From the NCBI GenBank assembly GCA_035940855.1, contig DASZEM010000007.1:138928-202927 (forward strand): DNA of 64,000 nucleotides, written 5' to 3'. The notes under the pieces were generated by a model. It did not search any database, had not been told where the DNA came from, and worked only from the letters and a program-made list of their open reading frames with translations. The stretch is from Thermoanaerobaculia bacterium. GTDB taxonomy: Bacteria > Acidobacteriota > Thermoanaerobaculia > Multivoradales > UBA5704. Shown piece after piece: positions 57,959 through 64,000 of the stretch; positions within the stretch are counted from its first letter, which is position 1, and each line of letters starts with the position of its first letter. Both the position numbers and the translations under genes were made by a program.

Positions 57959-59646
57959 CCCCAGGGCTCCGGCGTCTCTCCGCCGGTCGCCGTCGAGTCT
58001 GGGCTCCGGCCGCCGTCCTGGGCGTGCTGGCGGTGGCGCTGGTCGCGGCGGCGCCCTCCTCGGCCGTCCGCGTGGCGGCCTTCCTGGTGGCCGCCGGCTA
58101 CGCGGCCCGCGTCCTGCGGCGCCAGGGACCTCTCGCCGCCGATCGGACGGCGCGGGCCGTCCTCTTCCTGGTCACGGGAGTCGGGGTCTTCCTGCCCGCT
58201 CTCATCGGGTTCTTCAACCTGATGGGCCACACGCTGGCGCGCCTGACGGACCCGGCGGCGCCGGCCTCCCGGGGGGACCTCCTCGCCACCACGCTGGTGG
58301 CGGCCGGCCTGGTCCTGGCGGCCCGCCACTGGCCGGCCAGGCTCGGAGAGCCCGCCTTCGTGGCTCTCGCGCTGGTTTCCGCGACCGCCTTGAAGCTGGC
58401 CTACGTTCTTCTCGTCCGCGTGGAGCCGGTCTCCGACTTCGCGGACATGTGGGCGTTGACTTCGTCGCTCGCGGAGCGCGGGCTGGACGCCACGAGAGGC
58501 TCGCTCGTCTTCTTGTTCCATCGCTGGTCCTACTTCGAGCGGGTGCTGCCCTACCTGCTGCCGCTGCGGCTTGCCTTCGGGCCGCGGCCGGAGTCCTACT
58601 CGGTCGCCAACGTGGTGGTGGGGTCCCTGGCCTCCCTGCTGGTCTACCGGATGACCCGGTCGTGGTTCGGCGCCGGCGCCGCCCGGGTCGCCCTGGTCGT
58701 GTCGCTGGCCGCGGTGGAGACCGTGCTCGCGGCCGGGATCCCCACCCACGACGTGCCCGGAGCGTTCTACACGCTGATCGCGCTCGTCCTCTTCCTCGCC
58801 GCCTGGAGGCTCCATTCGCGGGGGAGGGAGCGCGCCGCGCTCCTGGCCGGCGCCGGATTCGGCCTGGCCGTCGCCGTCCTCGACCTCCAGCGGACGACCG
58901 GGAGCGTGATGCTGCTGACGGTCACGCTGCTGGGCCTGGCCATGGCGGCCGTCGAGAGAGGGGCCGCCGGCCCGCCCGCCGGCGAACGCCACCGCCGGCT
59001 TCTGGCGGCCCTGGCGCTGGTCTTCATCCCCTGGATGGTGTTCGGGACCGCCGACCGGGTCTTGCGCGCGGCGGAGCTGAGGGTACCTCCCGCCCTGCGG
59101 GAGCGCGCCGGCTGGCGGGGCCTGGCCGCGGCCACCGACAGTTGGGGCGACGGCAGCTACGCCTACTGCTATGAAAACTACACGGCCCCGTACGGCGTAT
59201 CCAAGGCGGACTGGCGCTCCCTGGCGCTGGCGAAGCTCGCCACCGATCTCCACCACCACCCCGGGGCGCGCGTCACGAGCTATCTGCGCAAGTCGGAGGC
59301 TCTCTTCGACCTGGGAAGCCAGACGTACTTCTATCTGCACGGCGCGGAGCTGAGGGGATTCGGCCCGGTCTACAGGGAACGGGAAGAGAGGATCCTGGCC
59401 GTCTCCCGCTGGTTCTCCGCCCTGTTCCTGGGCGCCCTGGTGGTGGCGTTCTGCCGGCTGTGGACGCTGCCGGAGGTCCCGTTGCCCGGCCTGCTGCCGC
59501 TGCTCTACCTGGCCGTCTTCACGGCCATCCTGCTGTTCCTGGCGGAAGTGCAGCCGAGGTACCTCTACCCGATCTGGTACCTGGGCGCCATCTACATCGG
59601 TGCCCTGTTCGGTCCCGGTTGCCCCGGATCCTCGCGCTCGTCTTGA
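57937..59646 (+). CDS. polytopic membrane protein, GT-C-like (PMT/ArnT/glycosyltransferase family 39-like)
   Basis: ~13 predicted TM helices. The long upstream ORF extension (from 57325) is a different-looking P/R-rich frame, so the start was set at MRAGSPV. Confidence 0.5.
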   Translation: MRAGSPVTPGLRRLSAGRRRVWAPAAVLGVLAVALVAAAPSSAVRVAAFLVAAGYAARVLRRQGPLAADRTARAVLFLVTGVGVFLPALIGFFNLMGHTLARLTDPAAPASRGDLLATTLVAAGLVLAARHWPARLGEPAFVALALVSATALKLAYVLLVRVEPVSDFADMWALTSSLAERGLDATRGSLVFLFHRWSYFERVLPYLLPLRLAFGPRPESYSVANVVVGSLASLLVYRMTRSWFGAGAARVALVVSLAAVETVLAAGIPTHDVPGAFYTLIALVLFLAAWRLHSRGRERAALLAGAGFGLAVAVLDLQRTTGSVMLLTVTLLGLAMAAVERGAAGPPAGERHRRLLAALALVFIPWMVFGTADRVLRAAELRVPPALRERAGWRGLAAATDSWGDGSYAYCYENYTAPYGVSKADWRSLALAKLATDLHHHPGARVTSYLRKSEALFDLGSQTYFYLHGAELRGFGPVYREREERILAVSRWFSALFLGALVVAFCRLWTLPEVPLPGLLPLLYLAVFTAILLFLAEVQPRYLYPIWYLGAIYIGALFGPGCPGSSRSS

Positions 59647-59699
59647 AGGCCTTCGGCGGCTGGAATACAATTCTTTTTTCTTTGTCGGCAGCAGACCTG

Positions 59700-60800
59700 A
59701 TGATCCCCTTCAATGACCTGAAGCCTCTCCACGGCCTGCTGGCCGGGGAGCTGGAAGCGGCGGCGAAACGGGTGCTGCACAGCGGCTGGTACATCCTCGG
59801 CCCGGAGCTCGAAGCCTTCGAGCAGGCCTTCGCCGCGTATCACGGCGTGTCCCACGCGGTGGGAGTCGCCAACGGCACCGACGCCATCGAGCTGGCCCTC
59901 CGGGCCCTGGGGATCGGCCCGGGCGACGAGGTGATCACGGTGGCTCACACGGCCGTGGCCACCGTCTGCGCGGTGGAGCGGACCGGCGCCACGCCCGTCC
60001 TGGTGGACATCGACGAGGCTACGTGCACTCTGGACTCCGCGGCGGCCGCGGCGGCCGTCACTCCCCGCACGAAGGCGATCGTCCCCGTGCACCTGTATGG
60101 CCATCCCGCGGACATGGAGGCCTTGACCGAGCTGGCGGCGCGGCATGGCCTGGCCGTCGTCGAGGACTGCGCCCAGGCTCACGGGGCACGGATCGAAGGG
60201 CGCCTGGCCGGCACGATCGGCCACCTGGGCGCGTTCAGCTTCTATCCCACCAAGAACCTCGGAGCCTATGGGGACGGCGGGGCGGTCATCACCGGCGACG
60301 CCGCCCTGGCCGAGCGGGTCCGGCGCCTGCGGAACTACGGGCAGGAGGACCGGTACCACCACGCGGAACGCGGGCAGAACAGCCGGCTCGACGAGATGCA
60401 GGCCGCTCTCCTGCGGGTCAAGCTGGCCCACCTGGACGGCCACAACGCCATCCGGCGCCGGCTGGCGGGGGAGTACTCGTGGCGCCTCACCGGCGTGACC
60501 ACCCCGTCCTGCCGCGCCGGGGTGGAGCCCGTGTTCCACCTCTACGTGGTGCGCCACCCCCAGCGGGACCCGTTGATGAAGGCCCTTGGGGCAAGGGGGA
60601 TCGGCACGCTGATCCACTACCCCGTCCCCGTGCACCTCCAGAAGGGTTACCGGGATCTGGGGTATGCTCCGGGCTCCCTGCCGGTGACCGAGCGGACCGC
60701 GGACGAGATCCTCTCCCTGCCGCTCTACGTCGGCCTCACCCCCGAAGCCGTGGCCTCGGTCTCGGATGCCGTGAACGAATGTGCCCGGCTCCTCCCGTGA
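59700..60800 (+). CDS. DegT/DnrJ/EryC1/StrS-family sugar aminotransferase (PglE/ArnB/WecE-like)
   Basis: GAFSFYPTKNLGAYGDGGAV with the PLP lysine. AT-rich promoter-like leader at 59650-59699. Confidence 0.85.
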   Translation: MIPFNDLKPLHGLLAGELEAAAKRVLHSGWYILGPELEAFEQAFAAYHGVSHAVGVANGTDAIELALRALGIGPGDEVITVAHTAVATVCAVERTGATPVLVDIDEATCTLDSAAAAAAVTPRTKAIVPVHLYGHPADMEALTELAARHGLAVVEDCAQAHGARIEGRLAGTIGHLGAFSFYPTKNLGAYGDGGAVITGDAALAERVRRLRNYGQEDRYHHAERGQNSRLDEMQAALLRVKLAHLDGHNAIRRRLAGEYSWRLTGVTTPSCRAGVEPVFHLYVVRHPQRDPLMKALGARGIGTLIHYPVPVHLQKGYRDLGYAPGSLPVTERTADEILSLPLYVGLTPEAVASVSDAVNECARLLP

Positions 60801-60805
60801 ATTCC

Positions 60806-61555
60806 ATGGACCCCAATCGGTTCGCGGACCTGACCTACGACGGCTTCCGGGAGCTCGCCCGCGACGAGTCCCTGAGCCTCCATGAGAAGGTGGGGTTCCC
60901 CGACTCCTACCGCGCCGGCAAGGAGGAGGCCATCCTGCGGGACGTCCGGGCCAAGCTCTCGAACCTGGAACGGCCCGGACGCAGGGTGCTCGACGTCGGG
61001 CCGGGCTGCAGCGGCGTCGCCCTTGGGCTTCTCGATTGGTGTCGCGAGAAGGGGCACGCCCTCACCCTCATCGACTCCGCGGAGATGCTGGCGCTCCTGC
61101 CCGCCGAGCCCTTCGCCGCCAAGCTGCCCGGCCGCTTCCCGGAGGAGCACACGGCCTTCCTGGCGGAGAACCGGGGGCGGCTCGACGCCATCCTCGTCTA
61201 CAGCGTCGTCCAGTACGTGTTTCGCGAGAGCAACGTCTTCGCCTTCTTCGACGCCTGCCTGGAGCTGCTGGCCGAGGGCGGCCAGTTGCTGATCGGCGAC
61301 ATCCCCAATCTATCGATGCGCAAGCGCTTCTTCAGCTCCGCGGAGGGCGCGCGCTTTCACCAGGCCTTCACCGGCACGGGCGAGGTCCCCGCCGTAGCCC
61401 ACAACACCCTCGAGCCCGGCCACATCGACGACGCGGCGCTCCTGGGGCTGGTCCTGCGCGCCCGCTCGGCGGGCTACCACGCGTTCCTCCTGCCGCAGGC
61501 CGCCGACCTGCCCATGGCGAACCGGCGCGAGGACCTGCTGGTGCACAAGCCCTGA
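60806..61555 (+). CDS. SAM-dependent methyltransferase-like protein
   Basis: Motif I-like VLDVGPGCSGVALGL; acidic motif II LIDSAEM. Confidence 0.55.
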   Translation: MDPNRFADLTYDGFRELARDESLSLHEKVGFPDSYRAGKEEAILRDVRAKLSNLERPGRRVLDVGPGCSGVALGLLDWCREKGHALTLIDSAEMLALLPAEPFAAKLPGRFPEEHTAFLAENRGRLDAILVYSVVQYVFRESNVFAFFDACLELLAEGGQLLIGDIPNLSMRKRFFSSAEGARFHQAFTGTGEVPAVAHNTLEPGHIDDAALLGLVLRARSAGYHAFLLPQAADLPMANRREDLLVHKP

Positions 61556-61563
61556 GGTCCCCC

Positions 61564-62217
61564 ATGGTCAAGACGAAAAAGCTCGTCCTCCTCGGCGACA
61601 GCGCCTTCGCGGAGATCGCCTACGAGTACTTCACCCACGACTCCGAGTACGAGGTCGCGGCCTTCAGCGTCGAGCGGGAGTACCTGCGGCGCGACGAGCT
61701 CTTCGGAGTGCCGGTGGTGCCGTTCGAGGAGCTGCCGGAGCGCTTCGCCCCCGGAGGGCACGAGTTCTACGCCGCCCTCGTCTACACCCAGGGCAACACC
61801 CTGCGCCGGCGCCTGTACGAGGCGGCCAAGGCGAAGGGCTACCGGCCAGCCTCCTACGTGAGCCCCCACGCCTTCGTCTGGCGCAACGCCAGGATCGGCG
61901 AGCATTGCTTCATCTTCGAGAACAACGTCGTCCAGCCGTTCGTCACGATCGGCGACGACGTGGTCCTCTGGAGCGGCAACCACATCGGCCACCACTCGAA
62001 AGTCGGCGACCACTGTTTCGTCTCGTCGCACGTGGTGGTCTCCGGTTTCGTCGAGGTCGGACATTCATGCTTTCTGGGCGTCAACGCGACGGTCGCCAAC
62101 AACACGAAGATCGGCGACCGGTGCACGGTGGGGGCGGGAGCGGTGGTCCTGGGCGACGTGGGCGACAATGAGACGGTCGTCGGCGTCTGGAAAAGGCGGC
62201 GGCCCGTGGTAGAATGA
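61564..62217 (+). CDS. NeuD/PglD/WbpD-family sugar N/O-acetyltransferase (left-handed beta-helix, hexapeptide repeats)
   Basis: N-terminal Rossmann-like KLVLLGDSAFAEI. Hexapeptide repeats (IGEHCFIFENNVV… IGDDVVLWSGNHIGHHSKVGDHCFVSS…). Confidence 0.8.
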   Translation: MVKTKKLVLLGDSAFAEIAYEYFTHDSEYEVAAFSVEREYLRRDELFGVPVVPFEELPERFAPGGHEFYAALVYTQGNTLRRRLYEAAKAKGYRPASYVSPHAFVWRNARIGEHCFIFENNVVQPFVTIGDDVVLWSGNHIGHHSKVGDHCFVSSHVVVSGFVEVGHSCFLGVNATVANNTKIGDRCTVGAGAVVLGDVGDNETVVGVWKRRRPVVE

Positions 62218-62339
62218 ACGAGCCGATCCCGGATCTGTAACGAACCAGCGTCCTCCGGCGCCAGTATATCCAGCCGACCCACGGCTGACAGTCCGATATC
62301 GATGCGCGAACAAGCTGTTTTTCAGAGGAGAGAACCGTC

Positions 62340-63245
62340 ATGAAGCTTTTCAGCACCGTCTTTGCCTTCCTGGTCCTCGCCGTCCTGCTGGCCGCGCCGG
62401 CCGCCCAGGCTCAGGCCACCCGTACCTGGGTCTCCGGCGTCGGCGACGATGTCAACCCGTGCAGCCGCACCGCTCCCTGCAAGACCTTCGCGGGAGCCAT
62501 CTCGAAGACCGCGGCCGGCGGCGAGATCTCCGTCCTCGATCCCGGCGGCTTCGGCACCGTGACGATCACCAAGGCCATCACCATCAACGGTGACGGCACG
62601 CTCGCCGGCATCCTCTCCGCGGGCACCAACGGGATCATCGTCAACGCGGGCGTCAACGACAGGATCGTCATCCGCAACATCTCGATCAACGGCGCGGGCA
62701 CGGGCGTCAACGGCATCCGCTACCTCGCCGCCAAGAGCCTCACCGTCGACAACGTCACCATCAGCGGGGTCACCGGCCGCGGCATCGACGTGTCCTTGAC
62801 CAACACAGGCAACCTGTTTGTCAGGAACACCAACATCACCAACTGTGCCACCGGCATCTTCGTCAATAGTACCGTCTTTGCCCTGGCCTCGCTCGACCAT
62901 GTTGCTCTTCAAAACAACGCTACCGGACTTGAGGCCTCTACCAACGGCCGCGTTACCATCAGCAACTCGGACATCTCCGAAAACACCTCAAATGGGCTTC
63001 TCGCCAGTACTTCAACCTCTCAGATCAACGCGGAGGGCTGCCAGATTGCCTTCAACGCGCTGGTCGGTGTCAACTGTTCGGTCGCCAGCGCTGCGATTCG
63101 CCTCTCTAACAACCAGATCTATAACAACACGACTGGCATCAGCATCGCCGGCAGTTGTGTCGTCAACTCGACGGGAAATAACCGAAACTTCGCCAACGGA
63201 ACCAACTTGTCGGGGACGCTCGGCGCCGCGGTCACGGTTCAGTAA
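62340..63245 (+). CDS. secreted right-handed parallel beta-helix repeat protein
   Basis: Signal peptide LAAPAAQAQA. N/T/S/I/G-rich repeats (NISINGAGTGVNGI, NVTISGVTGRGIDV, NTNITNCATGIFV…). GC clearly lower than the surrounding DNA. Confidence 0.7.
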   Translation: MKLFSTVFAFLVLAVLLAAPAAQAQATRTWVSGVGDDVNPCSRTAPCKTFAGAISKTAAGGEISVLDPGGFGTVTITKAITINGDGTLAGILSAGTNGIIVNAGVNDRIVIRNISINGAGTGVNGIRYLAAKSLTVDNVTISGVTGRGIDVSLTNTGNLFVRNTNITNCATGIFVNSTVFALASLDHVALQNNATGLEASTNGRVTISNSDISENTSNGLLASTSTSQINAEGCQIAFNALVGVNCSVASAAIRLSNNQIYNNTTGISIAGSCVVNSTGNNRNFANGTNLSGTLGAAVTVQ

Positions 63246-63252
63246 GGCCGTC

Positions 63253-63285
63253 CACGGGAGCTCCCGTTCAACGGGAGCTCCCGTG
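63253..63285. terminator. perfect 15-bp stem / 3-nt loop hairpin between convergent genes (bidirectional terminator candidate)
   Basis: CACGGGAGCTCCCGT-tca-ACGGGAGCTCCCGTG. Each arm is itself a 14-nt palindrome. Confidence 0.55.
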
Positions 63286-63291
63286 CCCGCT

Positions 63292-64000
63292 TCAATCCTG
63301 CTCGAAGATCGCGCAACCAAAGCCGGTGGCGCCGTGCCGGTTGCCATTATAGAAGAGATAGCGGCGTCCCCCCAGGTCCACCACGCACGGATAGCAGACC
63401 ATCTCCGAGTCCCACCCGGATTCCGAACGGTAGATCCCCACTTCGGAGTCCTTCCGCACCCACTCGTATCCGTCGTCCGACTCCGCGTAGCCGAAACGAT
63501 ACGGCCGGTCTTCCGAACGGACCGAAAACCACATCCGGTAGATCCCGCCGTCCCGCAGGACCCAGGGACGGCCTAGAGAGTACTCCTGAGGCCACTCCGG
63601 CTGGAGACAAGCTTCGTTCGTGGATTGCCAGTGGATGCCGTCGGTGGAGAAGGCGTGGCGGATGACGTTGTTGTAGTGGAGGCCGTTGCGGCCCTGCGAC
63701 CAGTGGAGGCAGGACCAGTACCACATGCGGAAGCCGTCTTCGACGGGCATGACGAAGGGCGCCGAGCGTGAGAAGGGCTCTTCTGCCGTGCGGTCCAGCA
63801 CCGGCACACGGGAGGCTCGCCGGAAGGATTTCCGGTCGGTGCTGGTGGCGAGCCCGCTGAACAGCATGTAGGGTACTCGCTCGCAGCGCTGCCAGCCGAT
63901 GTAGTAGAGAAAGCATTGATCTCCCACGGTAATCGCGCAGGAGGCGTTGACGCCGCAGTCATCGAAGGTCCCGGGCTCGCCGAGATCGAGAACGGGTTCC
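63292..64000 (-). CDS. GH130/DUF377-like beta-propeller glycosidase/phosphorylase (5' partial, continues beyond the window)
   Basis: GEPGTFDDCGV…LYYIG, DGIHW, GIYRMWFS, RRYLFYNG. The frame is open from the annotated GTG to the window end. Confidence 0.5.
   Translation of the reverse strand, partial: EPVLDLGEPGTFDDCGVNASCAITVGDQCFLYYIGWQRCERVPYMLFSGLATSTDRKSFRRASRVPVLDRTAEEPFSRSAPFVMPVEDGFRMWYWSCLHWSQGRNGLHYNNVIRHAFSTDGIHWQSTNEACLQPEWPQEYSLGRPWVLRDGGIYRMWFSVRSEDRPYRFGYAESDDGYEWVRKDSEVGIYRSESGWDSEMVCYPCVVDLGGRRYLFYNGNRHGATGFGCAIFEQD

Overview
High-GC (~68-70%) bacterial chromosomal segment. Gene content looks Acidobacteria-like: CarboxypepD_reg-type secreted proteins, a TPR-linked Ser/Thr kinase, and many secreted M14/M28 peptidases. 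About 55 protein-coding genes are densely packed, many with 4-nt start/stop overlaps. I found no rRNA, tRNA, CRISPR array or obvious mobile element. From 1 to 20 kb there are transport, protease, signalling and small-molecule enzymes: YaiI, a LysE exporter, a cytochrome P450, a HAD hydrolase, M28 and M14 peptidases, a TMEM175-like channel, a TPR Ser/Thr kinase and a PAS hybrid histidine kinase. This region also holds an unusual membrane-anchored CHAT (caspase-like) protease at 2.2-4.1 kb. From 20.5 to 24.9 kb lie two tandem secreted PPC + BNR/sialidase-like paralogs. The remaining 25-62 kb is dominated by a large ABC-transporter-dependent (Wzm/Wzt with C-terminal carbohydrate-binding domain) glycan-assembly island. 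It encodes many GT2/GT4/GT-C glycosyltransferases, a giant methyltransferase-coiled-coil-GT2-GT4 fusion, a kinase-like phosphotransferase, two tandem FemAB-like transferases, a TylM1-like sugar N,N-dimethyltransferase, two DegT aminotransferases, a NeuD/PglD-like acetyltransferase and NDP-sugar pathway enzymes. This island is interrupted at 41-46 kb by a housekeeping block: pheA, a TPP riboswitch with thiC, and a class V aminotransferase. The window ends with a low-GC secreted beta-helix protein and a partial GH130-like beta-propeller gene. Coordinates taken from the ORF track are reliable. Elements positioned by eye from the sequence may be off by 1-3 nt.
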